Part shown: piece after piece, positions 1 to 8,160 of the stretch
Layout: the number at the start of each line of letters is the position of its first letter
Position numbering within the stretch: the stretch's first letter is position 1
Assembly: GCA_963718585.1 (NCBI GenBank)
Contig: OY970357.1
Coordinates: forward strand, 360,001 to 392,000
Source of the DNA: Candidatus Saccharimonadota bacterium
GTDB lineage: Bacteria; Patescibacteriota; Patescibacteriia; 2-12-FULL-60-25
Direction of reading: 5' to 3'
DNA length: 32,000 bases
Notes under the pieces: model-generated
What the model was told of the DNA's origin: nothing
What the model saw: the letters and a program-made list of their open reading frames with translations, nothing else
Databases searched by the model: none
Program-made: the position numbers and the translations under genes

Positions 1-2871
1 GCGGAAGATGTAGTCGATGACGGATTTGGCGACGCGGATGTTCGGGTTCTGCGTGAAGCCAGAAGGTTCGAAGCGGACGTGGGCGAATTTGTTCACGAGG
101 GTCTTGAGCGGCACGCCGTACTGAAGGCCGATCGAGACCGAGGTCGCAAACGCGTCCATGAGTCCGGCAAGCGTGCTCCCCTCCTTGGACATGGTGATGA
201 AGATCTCGCCCGGCGTCCCATCGTCGTACAAGCCGACGGTGATGAAGCCTTGGTGTGCGCCGATCTCGAATTTGTGCGTGATGGAGCGGCGTTCATCCGG
301 CATCCGGTGACGGCGGATCTGAGATGTTGCCGGTGAGTGCGTGGACGGCAGAGCAGCCGTGGGGGCCGTTTCCTTCTTCGCTGTCCCCTTCACCTCCTGC
401 TTGGTCGTGGTGAGCGGCTGGGAGCGTTTGCATCCGTCGCGATAGATGGCGACCGCCTTGAGTCCCAGTTTCCAGCTCTCGAAGTAGACCTTGGTGACAT
501 CCTCCAGCGTGGCTTCAGAGGGGAGGTTCACGGTCTTTGAGATCGCGCCGGAGATGAACGGCTGGACCGCGCCCATCATACGGATGTGGCCGCGGTAATG
601 GATCGAACGCGTCCCCTTGGCCGGTTTGAAGGCGCAGTCAAAGACCGGGAGGTGTTCGTTCTTCAGGTGCGGTGCACCTTCGATGGTGTCGTTCGTGTCG
701 ATGTATGCGAGGATCTCGCGGATCTGCGCTTCGGTGTAGCCGAGGGCGTGAAGCGCTTCCGGGACGATCCGGTTCACGATCTTGAGCATCCCGCCGCCCA
801 CAAGCCACTTATAGCTGACGAGCGAGATGGCCGGCTCAACACCGGTCGTATCGCAATCCATGAGGAAGGAGATCGTGCCGGTCGGTGCGAGCACCGAGAT
901 CTGCGCGTTGCGGTAGCCAGACGTCTCTCCTCGTGCGAGCGCATCGTCCCAGGCACTGCGCGCGCGGGCATGGAGCGCTTCCGGGACGCCAGTGGCATCC
1001 ACGCGGTACGCCGCGTCGCGATGCTTACGCATGACACGGAGCATGGGCTCGCGATTGCGGGCGTAGCCGGCGAACGTCCCGACCTTCTCCGCGATCTTCG
1101 AAGACTGTTCGTACGCTGTGCCGGACATGACGGACGTGATCGCGGCCGCGACATTGCGCCCTGTATCCGAGTCGTACGGCTGGCCTGTGGCCATGAGAAG
1201 GGCACCTAGGTTGGCGTAGCCGAGGCCGAGCGGGCGGTAATCATGCGAGTTGCGTTCGATCGACGGGGTCGGATAGCTCGAAAAACCCACAAGGATCTCC
1301 TGTGCCGTGATCATGATGCGGCAGATGTGTTCGAAGGCCTTCACGTCGAATTGACCGTTTTGGTCTCGACAGGTCATGAGGTTCACGGATGCGAGGTTGC
1401 ACGCAGAGTCATTGAGGAACATGTACTCGGAGCACGGGTTGGACGCATAGATCCGGTCCGTGTTGGGACAGGTGTGCCAGTCGTTGATCGTCGTATCGTA
1501 CTGCATGCCCGGATCCCCGCATTCCCACGCAGCCTGACCGATCTCGTTCAACAGATCCTTGGCCTTGAATGTCTCGCACGTGTCTTTGGTCAGGACGTAT
1601 TTGGTCGAAAAGTCGCCCCCCTCCTCGGCGGCGGACATGAAATCGTCGGTCACGCGCACCGAGTTGTTCGCATTCTGGAAGAAGATGGACGAGTACGCTT
1701 CCCCATTGAGGTCGCCCGGATAGCCGGCATCGATCAGGGCATGCGCCTTTTTCTCTTCCCTTGCCTTACACCAGAGGAATTCTTTGATGTCCGGATGATC
1801 GACGTCGAGGATGACCATCTTGGCCGCACGGCGCGTCTTGCCGCCGCTCTTGATCACGCCCGCAAAGGCATCGAGCCCGCGCATGAACGAGACCGGGCCG
1901 GAAGACTGGCCGGATGAGTTGGAAAGCTTCTCCTTGGATGAGCGTAGCCAGGAGAGGTTGGAGCCGGCGCCGGAGCCGTACTTGAAGAGCATGCCTTCCG
2001 TCACCGCGAGGTTCAAGATCGAGCGCATGTCATCGTGTACCGAGTTGATGAAGCAGGCGGAGCACTGTGGATGCGGATTGACGCCCACGTTGTACCAGAC
2101 CGGGCTGTTGAAAGCCGCACGCTGGTTCACGAGGATGGAAGTCAGTTCAGCTTCGTACGCGTCTGCATCGGCTTCGGTCTGGAAATAGCCGCCGATCCGT
2201 CCCCAGTTCGCGATGGTCTGCGCGATACGGTCCACGACCTGACGCATGGAGATCTCGCGGCCCGGCGTGCCGATCCGTCCACGGAAGTATTGTGCGACGA
2301 TGATATTGGTCGCGGTCTGGCTGTAGTTCTTCGGGATCTCGACGTTCTTCTGCTCGAACACCACCTTCCCCTTGTCGTTCGTGATGCTCGCGTCGCGCTG
2401 TTCCCATTCGATCTCGTCGTACGGATGGACCCCAGCTTTGCTGTAAAACCGGTCCACCGTGATCCCCTTTCCAAAGGTCGGCGTGCCACCCCGAAGCGCG
2501 ACGTCGTAACGGAATCCGAGATAGCGCCGTAAGATGTGCAGCAAGTTGTGGTCGATCAAAGTCACCCCGACGACCTCGCGCACTTCATCACTCGTCGGAA
2601 CGATCGTCCCGTCGAATTTGAGCTTCAGGCGGGATAGGATGTTTGAAACGATCTGATCGAGGAGGACGTTGTCCTTTTCCTTGTCCATCCCGGCAGACTC
2701 GAACGCAGCTCGAAGGGATCGCTCGAGTTTGGCGGGATCGAATGCCTCAACCTTACCGTTGCGACGCTTGATCTGCTTAACGGAGGTGAGATAGTCGCGC
2801 ACGGCGTCGGCGGCACCGGTCGCGTGGTCCATGCTCGTCTTCGGAGCGCTGGACACGATTTTGTCGCTCAT
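1..2871 (-). CDS. nrdJ: Adenosylcobalamin-dependent (class II) ribonucleotide reductase with N-terminal ATP-cone; 3' end runs off the window
   Basis: Absent from the ORF track because it has no stop codon inside the window. Manual minus-strand translation from ATG (2871-2869) gives 957 uninterrupted codons. It starts MSDKIVSS, has an ATP-cone-like VKQIKRRNGKVEAFDPAKLERSL, then class II RNR blocks NSPVWYNVG..PQCSACFINS, SNPCSEYMFL, LAPTGTISFLMDCDTTGVEPAISL and AIYRDGCK. Confidence 0.9.
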   Translation of the reverse strand, partial: MSDKIVSSAPKTSMDHATGAADAVRDYLTSVKQIKRRNGKVEAFDPAKLERSLRAAFESAGMDKEKDNVLLDQIVSNILSRLKLKFDGTIVPTSDEVREVVGVTLIDHNLLHILRRYLGFRYDVALRGGTPTFGKGITVDRFYSKAGVHPYDEIEWEQRDASITNDKGKVVFEQKNVEIPKNYSQTATNIIVAQYFRGRIGTPGREISMRQVVDRIAQTIANWGRIGGYFQTEADADAYEAELTSILVNQRAAFNSPVWYNVGVNPHPQCSACFINSVHDDMRSILNLAVTEGMLFKYGSGAGSNLSWLRSSKEKLSNSSGQSSGPVSFMRGLDAFAGVIKSGGKTRRAAKMVILDVDHPDIKEFLWCKAREEKKAHALIDAGYPGDLNGEAYSSIFFQNANNSVRVTDDFMSAAEEGGDFSTKYVLTKDTCETFKAKDLLNEIGQAAWECGDPGMQYDTTINDWHTCPNTDRIYASNPCSEYMFLNDSACNLASVNLMTCRDQNGQFDVKAFEHICRIMITAQEILVGFSSYPTPSIERNSHDYRPLGLGYANLGALLMATGQPYDSDTGRNVAAAITSVMSGTAYEQSSKIAEKVGTFAGYARNREPMLRVMRKHRDAAYRVDATGVPEALHARARSAWDDALARGETSGYRNAQISVLAPTGTISFLMDCDTTGVEPAISLVSYKWLVGGGMLKIVNRIVPEALHALGYTEAQIREILAYIDTNDTIEGAPHLKNEHLPVFDCAFKPAKGTRSIHYRGHIRMMGAVQPFISGAISKTVNLPSEATLEDVTKVYFESWKLGLKAVAIYRDGCKRSQPLTTTKQEVKGTAKKETAPTAALPSTHSPATSQIRRHRMPDERRSITHKFEIGAHQGFITVGLYDDGTPGEIFITMSKEGSTLAGLMDAFATSVSIGLQYGVPLKTLVNKFAHVRFEPSGFTQNPNIRVAKSVIDYIFR

Positions 2872-3049
2872 ACTTGGGGAAGAAGAATACAAAAAACGAA
2901 TAATTTGTTTTGAGGTTCCCCGATCCTCCGATGAGGTTTCCCGACAAGGTCGGGAAGATGCGTGTGTCCTCATTGCAACGCTCGTGACAGCGCACAAGCG
3001 TCACCTTCCCCGTTACTGGGGAGGAGTGCGAAGTTCTGGGGTCCCTCCG

Positions 3050-3100
3050 ACCACTATATCTTGTGGTCTCAATGACTAGTATACCACAAGATATAGTGGT
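3050..3100 (-). promoter_or_regulatory. Two NrdR-box-like operators flanking the nrdJ -10 element
   Basis: ACCACTATATCTTGTGGT (3050-3067) and its exact reverse complement ACCACAAGATATAGTGGT (3083-3100) have centres 33 bp apart. The core CCACTATATCTTGTGG matches the remembered NrdR consensus acaCwAtATaTwGtgt at 14 of 16 positions. A minus-strand TGGTATACT extended -10 (hexamer 3083-3078) lies between and overlapping the boxes. Confidence 0.7.
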
Positions 3101-3139
3101 CGAAGGAAGAACTGTGGATAAGTGACAAAGAACGTACCC

Positions 3140-3721
3140 TTACAGGCCAAGCGAGAGATTGAGAGGGTCTATTTGCTCGGCTTTGGGTGGCATGATCGGC
3201 ATGGGAACTTCCTTTTTCTGACCCATGCGATCGAAGTAAAAAACTTTCTGGTCAGTCAGTGCGTGTTCGTACACGTCGCGGGTGACCCGAACGTCCTGCA
3301 GACAATAGTCACAAAGCTTCTTGATCTCCCCCTTGCGCCAGAATTCGACCGCCTGAAGACCATGACCGCTCTTCCCTACTCCCAAGGTCGCCTGCGCGAC
3401 GACGTCGAGCTTTACGCGAAAGCCGATCCGTCGTTCGATCTCGACCATGATATCCACGGTCGGGAGTTTCATGATGTCGCCTGCGTAGTAGGTCTGCAAG
3501 CAGGGGTAATCAAAGCCGAAGAGATTGTAGCCGATGATCCGGTCGGATCGTTCGAGACGGGGCCACATCTTCGGCAGGTCTTCTTCCAAAAAGGTCTCAA
3601 ACGTATCAGTTTCGTAGAAATAACACCCCACCACGGAGACCTGCAATAAAGACGGATTATACGACCCGACGTCATGAAATGAGTTGCGGGTCTCGATATC
3701 GAGGACGACTTCTCGGCGCAT
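3140..3721 (-). CDS. RNase H-like DEDDy 3'-5' exonuclease (YprB/PolB-exonuclease-like)
   Basis: 193-aa ORF with Exo I VLDIET, Exo II IGYNLFGFDYPCL and Exo III DYCLQDVRVT (Y-x3-D). Confidence 0.65.
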   Translation of the reverse strand: MRREVVLDIETRNSFHDVGSYNPSLLQVSVVGCYFYETDTFETFLEEDLPKMWPRLERSDRIIGYNLFGFDYPCLQTYYAGDIMKLPTVDIMVEIERRIGFRVKLDVVAQATLGVGKSGHGLQAVEFWRKGEIKKLCDYCLQDVRVTRDVYEHALTDQKVFYFDRMGQKKEVPMPIMPPKAEQIDPLNLSLGL

Positions 3722-3834
3722 AGGTTGCTCGCGGAGCGTAACACATTTTTTTGAGAGCGACGAGCTGTCCCATTTGCGAGAAACCGTCCCTCACGCTTAG
3801 ATGAGACATCGCCCTTTTGAAAGGAGGTGTATGT

Positions 3835-4401
3835 GTGAATTCCTTGCCAAAAGTAGTCCTATTTCCGCATGGACCTGTTCGCTCTGATGTGGCGAAAAAG
3901 GTCTTCGAGGGTCAGATCCATGCATGCGGCGGGGACTTAAGTCGCTTGCTCGACAATCGTGCTCCTTCTCCGGAGGAGTACATGCGCACCGTGCATACGG
4001 TCTCTGACCTGCGTCGGAAGAACAATCCGCCGATCGTGGTCCTCACGGAAACCACGCCACTGGGTCTGACCGTGATCAAGACACGCCGCATCCTCATGCG
4101 CGATCATCCCGTCCTCGAGACGTCGCTGTGGATCGTCTACGCCGACGTCGAGGTCGATCCATCGTTTCAGACGTTCGCCGAGACGCTTGGCGCCTTCGAC
4201 GATGCGGATCTGACGAACGTCCCGTATTGGACGGAAGAAGAGACCGGCAATCGGTATCTCATCCTCACTTCGCAGACGCGAAATCTCGACAACATCGCTC
4301 TCCGTGCCCGTGGTCTTGTCGCGCTCCAGGAGGCTCCCCTCTCCCACCGGCAGACTGGCCGGATGCGCATTCTCCATCCTCGCAATCCGGAGAAATCATG
4401 A
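3835..4401 (+). CDS. Hypothetical protein (about 188 aa), no recognised domain
   Basis: Start moved to in-frame GTG 3835, 7 nt after AGGAGG (3822-3827); the ATG at 3831 is out of frame. Codon pattern (NNC/NNG-rich) matches neighbouring genes, and an intrinsic terminator follows directly. Confidence 0.55.
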   Translation: MNSLPKVVLFPHGPVRSDVAKKVFEGQIHACGGDLSRLLDNRAPSPEEYMRTVHTVSDLRRKNNPPIVVLTETTPLGLTVIKTRRILMRDHPVLETSLWIVYADVEVDPSFQTFAETLGAFDDADLTNVPYWTEEETGNRYLILTSQTRNLDNIALRARGLVALQEAPLSHRQTGRMRILHPRNPEKS

Positions 4402-4429
4402 CCCCGTTCCGCTTGGTTCGGGGTTTTTT
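4401..4429 (+). terminator. Intrinsic terminator of the 3835-4401 gene
   Basis: ACCCCG (4401-4406) pairs with CGGGGT (4419-4424), followed by a T-run to 4429. Confidence 0.75.
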
Positions 4430-4430
4430 A

Positions 4431-4460
4431 TAAAAAGCACCCCTGCGAATTGCAGGGGTG
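4431..4460 (-). terminator. Intrinsic terminator of the minus-strand SLT/mini-protein operon
   Basis: CACCCCTGC (4438-4446) pairs with GCAGGGGTG (4452-4460) around a 5-nt loop. On the minus strand it is followed by CTTTTTAT. Confidence 0.75.
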
Positions 4461-4481
4461 GAAAAGGGAAAGGTTCAGGGT

Positions 4482-4664
4482 TCAGCCCAACAAGTGGACG
4501 ATGGTCGGGGCGATGATGTGATCGAGGCCCCAGAGGGCTCCGCAGCAGATGCTGAGGAATATCACGGGGACCGCGCACAGGGTGATGAACAGGATGAGCA
4601 GCGGAGCCATCACCCGCAGGATCCCGAACATGGTCGAGAACACATCCTTGAGGAACTCGGTCAT
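4482..4664 (-). CDS. 60-aa two-helix hydrophobic mini-protein
   Basis: MTEFLKDVFSTMFGILRVMAPLLILFITLCAVPVIFLSICCGALWGLDHIIAPTIVHLLG. Its ATG overlaps the upstream stop (ATGA, 4661-4664). Confidence 0.55.
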   Translation of the reverse strand: MTEFLKDVFSTMFGILRVMAPLLILFITLCAVPVIFLSICCGALWGLDHIIAPTIVHLLG

Positions 4665-4831
4665 GTGATCTCCTTGATCGATCGGACTCCGAGGAGCCCG
4701 GGGGGAAGGGTGATGTAGCCGGCTCGGGCGAGCACGACCAGCAGTGTCAGGAGGACCAATCCTCCCGGTGCGATGGCGATGATGATCGCAGCGATGCTGC
4801 GCAGGGTATTCCGGAACGAGGTTGTGGTCAT
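4661..4831 (-). CDS. 56-aa hydrophobic mini-protein
   Basis: I prefer ATG 4831 (MTTTSFRNTLRSIAAIIIAIAPGGLVLLTLLVVLARAG...), preceded by AGGAGG 4 nt upstream. The track's longer 97-aa version needs a TTG start and a non-hydrophobic, compositionally odd N-terminus. Confidence 0.5.
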   Translation of the reverse strand: MTTTSFRNTLRSIAAIIIAIAPGGLVLLTLLVVLARAGYITLPPGLLGVRSIKEIT

Positions 4832-4880
4832 TCGACCTCCTGTGAGTTTGATGGTGAAGGTTCGAGCACCGCCTGAAGGT

Positions 4881-4933
4881 CCGTGCGGCTCACGGGCGTT
4901 CGGGTGGTGCGTCGGGTCCGAGATGGACCCGAC
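4881..4933 (-). other. Two intercistronic stem-loops between the SLT gene and the mini-protein genes
   Basis: GTCGGGTCC (4911-4919) pairs with GGACCCGAC (4925-4933): 9 perfect bp, 5-nt loop. CCGTG (4881-4885) pairs with CACGG (4891-4895). Neither is followed by a U-tract. Confidence 0.6.
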
Positions 4934-4950
4934 GGTGAGAGGTTGAAAGT

Positions 4951-5568
4951 TCAAATGGTTTGATAATGTGCAAGCACCTTGTCAGCGTAGGCGACCGTGT
5001 CGTACGGGACACCGCCACGGCTGATCCCCTTTTTGGGTTTCGTGGAACCGCCGTTCCAGACCATCGCAACCTTGCGGATGCTGTGGTACTTGGCAACGAG
5101 CACCGCGAGATGATCCCGCGCGACGATGTCCTGGTTGTGTTGGGTCTGCGGAACGACCTTCCCGAAGGCGTGTCTGGAGAGTGCAGGCCAATAGCATTTG
5201 AGGATGCCGTAGCCGCCGTACTCTCCGTCTTTGCCGACGGTCTGGTAATGTCCGCGCGTCTCCATCCAGAGAATGGTCCGCGCCAGCTTGTCGATGTCGA
5301 TGTTGTCGACGACATCGGGGATGTTCGGATCTGTTCCCGTGGAACGTTGGATCCGGATGTGGAAGGACGCAGGGTGGACGGAGGCGGTCGCGTGATGCCC
5401 CGGTGCATCGCTCGTGACCTGGAGGAACAGGCCGACCAGGACGAAGGCGAAGCTCGCGACGAGCCAGAGGGCGATGATCACGATGATCCCGGCACAACCA
5501 AGGCCGGTCATCCACGCCGTGAACTTGAGGAAGGGATTCGCGTTCTCGCTCTTTTTGGTTTCGCTCAT
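4951..5568 (-). CDS. Membrane-anchored lytic transglycosylase-like protein (SLT/GH23-like)
   Basis: 205 aa with an N-terminal hydrophobic anchor (FTAWMTGLGCAGIIVIIALWLVASFAFVLVGLFL). C-terminal domain has LWMETRG (catalytic Glu context), GEYGGYGILK (compare GLMQ) and MVWNGG (compare AYNAG). RBS AAGGAGG lies 5 nt before the ATG. Confidence 0.55.
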   Translation of the reverse strand: MSETKKSENANPFLKFTAWMTGLGCAGIIVIIALWLVASFAFVLVGLFLQVTSDAPGHHATASVHPASFHIRIQRSTGTDPNIPDVVDNIDIDKLARTILWMETRGHYQTVGKDGEYGGYGILKCYWPALSRHAFGKVVPQTQHNQDIVARDHLAVLVAKYHSIRKVAMVWNGGSTKPKKGISRGGVPYDTVAYADKVLAHYQTI

Positions 5569-5637
5569 GTCCCCTCCTTACGGGGTGGTGGTTTTGAAGG
5601 TGTTTGAAAAAGGGCCTATCCCATCTCCAAACAACCC

Positions 5638-5666
5638 AATATAGCATAAAAAGTCGGTTTTGTCAA
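5638..5666 (-). promoter_or_regulatory. Sigma70-type promoter of the SLT operon
   Basis: Minus strand reads TTGACA-aaaccgactttttatgc(17)-TATATT. It lies about 60 nt upstream of the AAGGAGG/ATG of the 5568 gene. Confidence 0.7.
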
Positions 5667-5745
5667 GGTATTTATGAACAAAATATTGGCTTAAAAAAGC
5701 CAAAATGAAAACGCTAAAATAAGCGAAAAAATAGACATATTATGG

Positions 5746-5774
5746 TTGACAAAATCGTTAAAACATGCTATATT
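5746..5774 (+). promoter_or_regulatory. Sigma70-type promoter of the 5898 gene
   Basis: TTGACA (5746-5751)-17 nt-TATATT (5769-5774), in an AT-rich island and divergent from the 5638-5666 promoter. Confidence 0.7.
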
Positions 5775-5897
5775 GTTACGTTCAAGATTGAACACCGCTC
5801 GGCGTTTTGCCGAACTTTCCCTGGCATATATCGTGTTTCTGCGATGCGTGCCTAAGACTCAAGAGGACCTTTCAATCTCAACCACAAGGAGCGTGCC

Positions 5898-6146
5898 TTG
5901 AACCAACTCGTCATTCTCGCGATCGTCATCGTCAGCGCCATCATCATCGTGAAGCTCGCCGTCTCGTTCCTGAAGACGATGGCCCGGGCGGTCGTGATCT
6001 CTCTGATCGTCGTCGCGGGTCTGACGTATCTGGCGGTCTATGGCTATCACGCCGTAATGACCCAACCAGGTGCGTTCTCCGCGCAACTTCAGTCGATCAC
6101 AACGTTCCTTCCACAAGCGATCGACCTGGTCCACAGGTTGATCTGA
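5898..6146 (+). CDS. 82-aa two-TM membrane protein, TTG start
   Basis: AAGGAG (5886-5891) lies 6 nt before TTG 5898. The sequence is hydrophobic (LVILAIVIVSAIIIVKLAVSFL, AVVISLIVVAGLTYLAVYGY), and a terminator follows. Confidence 0.55.
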   Translation: MNQLVILAIVIVSAIIIVKLAVSFLKTMARAVVISLIVVAGLTYLAVYGYHAVMTQPGAFSAQLQSITTFLPQAIDLVHRLI

Positions 6147-6151
6147 CTCCC

Positions 6152-6226
6152 TCTCGGGCGGATGGGTACTTCCCTCCCCGCCCGAGACGCAAGCCGCGTG
6201 CACCTCCAGCACGCGGTTTTCTTTTT
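6152..6226 (+). terminator. Tandem hairpins; the second is a canonical intrinsic terminator
   Basis: TCTCGGGCGG (6152-6161) pairs with CCGCCCGAGA (6179-6188). Then CCGCGTGC (6194-6201) pairs with GCACGCGG (6209-6216), followed by TTTTCTTTTT. Confidence 0.75.
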
Positions 6227-6271
6227 ATGTCATTCCCGTGAAAACGGGTATCTTCGATCTTGATATGAAGA

Positions 6272-6292
6272 TCCCCCGGTCAAGCCGGGGGA
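6272..6292 (-). terminator. Possible typA terminator hairpin (weak U-tract)
   Basis: TCCCCCGG pairs with CCGGGGGA around a 5-nt loop, 22 nt past the typA stop. Only TCTTCAT follows on the minus strand. Confidence 0.4.
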
Positions 6293-6314
6293 TGACATTT
6301 CACCTCTGAACTTG

Positions 6315-8120
6315 TCAGGCAGATGGGGAATGCCGTTTCCGTTCGAAGTCTTTCAGGTACAACTTGCGGATGCGGATGCTCTTTGGCGTGACCTCCACGA
6401 GCTCGTCGTCCCCGATGTATTCCAATGCTTCTTCAAGCGTCATGGTGCGCGGGGTCTCCAGACCGACTGCCACACCGTCTCCTTTCGACCGCATGTTCGA
6501 CAGCTTTTTTTCCTTGCACACGTTCACGACGAGATCCTCGGGTTTCGCATTCTGTCCCACGACCATCCCCTCATACACCTTGATCGCAGGGCCGATGAAA
6601 AGCTGTCCGCGTTCTTGCGCAGCCTGGAGGCCGTAGGAGTTGGAATCGCCGGTCTCATGCGCGATGAGCGATCCGTGGGCGATGGAGCCGAATTCACCGG
6701 CATACGGCTTGTATCCGATGAAGATCGAGTTCATGATCCCCTGCCCGCGCGTATCCATCAGGAATTCGTTCCGGAAACCGATGAGGCCGCGCGTTGGGAT
6801 GATGAATTCCAGTTCCGCCTGGCCATTGCTTTCAACGCGCATGTCCTGCATTTCCGCGCGGCGTTTGCCAAGCTTTTCGATGACGATGCCGGCCATATTC
6901 TCAGGGACCTCGATGGTCACCTCTTCGAATGGTTCCTGTTTCGCGCCGTCGACGGTCTTGAAGATCACCTGCGGCCGTGAGACCTGTAGTTCGAAACCCT
7001 CACGGCGCATGTTCTCGATCAGGATGGCGAGATGCAATTCCCCGCGCCCCGATACCTCGAAGGCTTCGGATGATTGACCCGGTTCCACTTTGAGTGCGAC
7101 GTCATTCTGCAATTCCCGATCCAACCGCTCCTTGATGTTGCGGGTCGTCGTGTATTCACCTTCCTGCCCGGCAAAGGGGGAGGTGTTGACGCCGAAGCTC
7201 ATCTTCACGGTCGGTTCCTCGATCTTCATGACCGGGAGCGCATCCGGATGCGCCGGGTCCGCGATGGTCTCGCCGATATTGATCCCCTCGATCCCCGCGA
7301 ATGCGACGATCTCTCCTGCTGGCGCTTCAGGGACGTCTATCTTCTTCATGCCGTCATATACCATCACACTCGTGATCTTGGCCGGGGAGACCTTTCCTTC
7401 ACGGTTGATCCACGCGACCGGCCCAGGCTTGAACGTGCCGCGGATGACGCGACCGATGGCGGTCTTCCCTTTGTACGTGTCATAGCTGACGTTCGCGACA
7501 GACACCTGGAGCGGACCGGAGGAATCGCCGGTCGGTGCCGGGATCCGTTCGACAATGGTCTTGAAGAGCGGTTTGACGTCCGTCATGGCCGCGAGGTCGG
7601 TCTCAAGGCCCGCTTTCCCCTGCTTGGCAGAAGCGTAGACGACCGGAAAGTCGGTCTGTGCATCTGATGCTCCGAGGGTGACGAAGAGGTCGAACGTCTG
7701 ATCCAGCACCCAGTCCGGACGGGCGTCCGCCTTATCGATCTTGTTGATGACCACGATGATCCGGTGTCCGGCTTCGATCGCCTTTTTCAAGACGAAACGC
7801 GTTTGCGGCATGGGGCCTTCTTTCGCGTCCACGAGCAAGAGTGCGCCGTCCACGAGATTCATGATGCGTTCGACTTCCCCGCCGAAATCCGCGTGCCCCG
7901 GCGTGTCCACGATATTGATCTTCACGCCGTCATAGGACACGGCAGCGTTCTTGGACAGAATGGTGATCCCGCGCTCACGCTCGAGCGGGTTCGTGTCCAT
8001 GATGGTCTCGCCTTCGAGTCCCCGTTCGCTGAACGTGTCGGATTGCTTCAAAAGCGCATCGACCAGGGTCGTTTTCCCGTGGTCGACGTGGGCGATGATC
8101 GCGATATTGCGGATATCCAT
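6315..8120 (-). CDS. typA: Translational GTPase TypA/BipA
   Basis: 601 aa starting [24 protein letters not shown], with [14 protein letters not shown] and NKIDK G-motifs and an EF-G-like domain order without domain IV. Confidence 0.95.
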   Translation of the reverse strand: MDIRNIAIIAHVDHGKTTLVDALLKQSDTFSERGLEGETIMDTNPLERERGITILSKNAAVSYDGVKINIVDTPGHADFGGEVERIMNLVDGALLLVDAKEGPMPQTRFVLKKAIEAGHRIIVVINKIDKADARPDWVLDQTFDLFVTLGASDAQTDFPVVYASAKQGKAGLETDLAAMTDVKPLFKTIVERIPAPTGDSSGPLQVSVANVSYDTYKGKTAIGRVIRGTFKPGPVAWINREGKVSPAKITSVMVYDGMKKIDVPEAPAGEIVAFAGIEGINIGETIADPAHPDALPVMKIEEPTVKMSFGVNTSPFAGQEGEYTTTRNIKERLDRELQNDVALKVEPGQSSEAFEVSGRGELHLAILIENMRREGFELQVSRPQVIFKTVDGAKQEPFEEVTIEVPENMAGIVIEKLGKRRAEMQDMRVESNGQAELEFIIPTRGLIGFRNEFLMDTRGQGIMNSIFIGYKPYAGEFGSIAHGSLIAHETGDSNSYGLQAAQERGQLFIGPAIKVYEGMVVGQNAKPEDLVVNVCKEKKLSNMRSKGDGVAVGLETPRTMTLEEALEYIGDDELVEVTPKSIRIRKLYLKDFERKRHSPSA

Positions 8121-8131
8121 ATAGTGGGCGG

Positions 8132-8160
8132 AATATAGCGGAAAAAGTCGGGATGGTCAA
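8132..8160 (-). promoter_or_regulatory. typA promoter
   Basis: Minus strand reads TTGACC-atcccgactttttccgc(17)-TATATT. The ATG is only 11 nt after the -10, with no SD. Confidence 0.65.

Noticed and set aside
79-2532. Long + strand ORFs (586-1209, 1243-1917, 1811-2188, 2035-2532 and others).
   Set aside because: They lie antisense to, or out of frame with, nrdJ. They have Arg/Gly/His-rich composition typical of shadow ORFs in GC-rich DNA, and no RBS or promoter.
1-2871. The largest gene in the window has no entry in the ORF track, which first suggested stop-codon reassignment (for example UGA recoding, as in some candidate-phylum bacteria).
   Set aside because: Manual translation gives 957 sense codons with the standard code. 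The ORF is missing only because it lacks a stop inside the window. All other genes (for example the 601-aa typA) read through normally with TGA/TAA/TAG stops.
2872-3049. Possible cobalamin riboswitch in the nrdJ leader (AACGGGGAAGGTGA and GCGTTGCAATGAGG loosely recall conserved Cbl-riboswitch segments).
   Set aside because: I could find no B12 box (GCCACTG / AGYCMGGAGACC-like), and spacing of the partial matches is wrong. AdoCbl-mediated repression of a B12-dependent enzyme would also be counter-intuitive. Only a covariance-model scan could revive this.
4890-5647. ORFs 4890-5408(-), 4960-5607(+) and 4982-5647(-), which overlap the SLT-like gene.
   Set aside because: They are alternative frames or the antisense of the ORF that carries the AAGGAGG RBS, the TM anchor and the SLT motifs. 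Their translations are low-complexity Arg/Pro/Gly-rich.
4482-6146. Calling this block a prophage lysis cassette or a type IV secretion remnant (mobile_element).
   Set aside because: There is no integrase, ATPase, coupling protein, capsid/tail gene or flanking direct repeats in the window. It is kept only as a hypothesis in the findings.
6312-8138. Several 60-220-aa + strand ORFs across typA.
   Set aside because: They are antisense shadow ORFs of a highly conserved gene.
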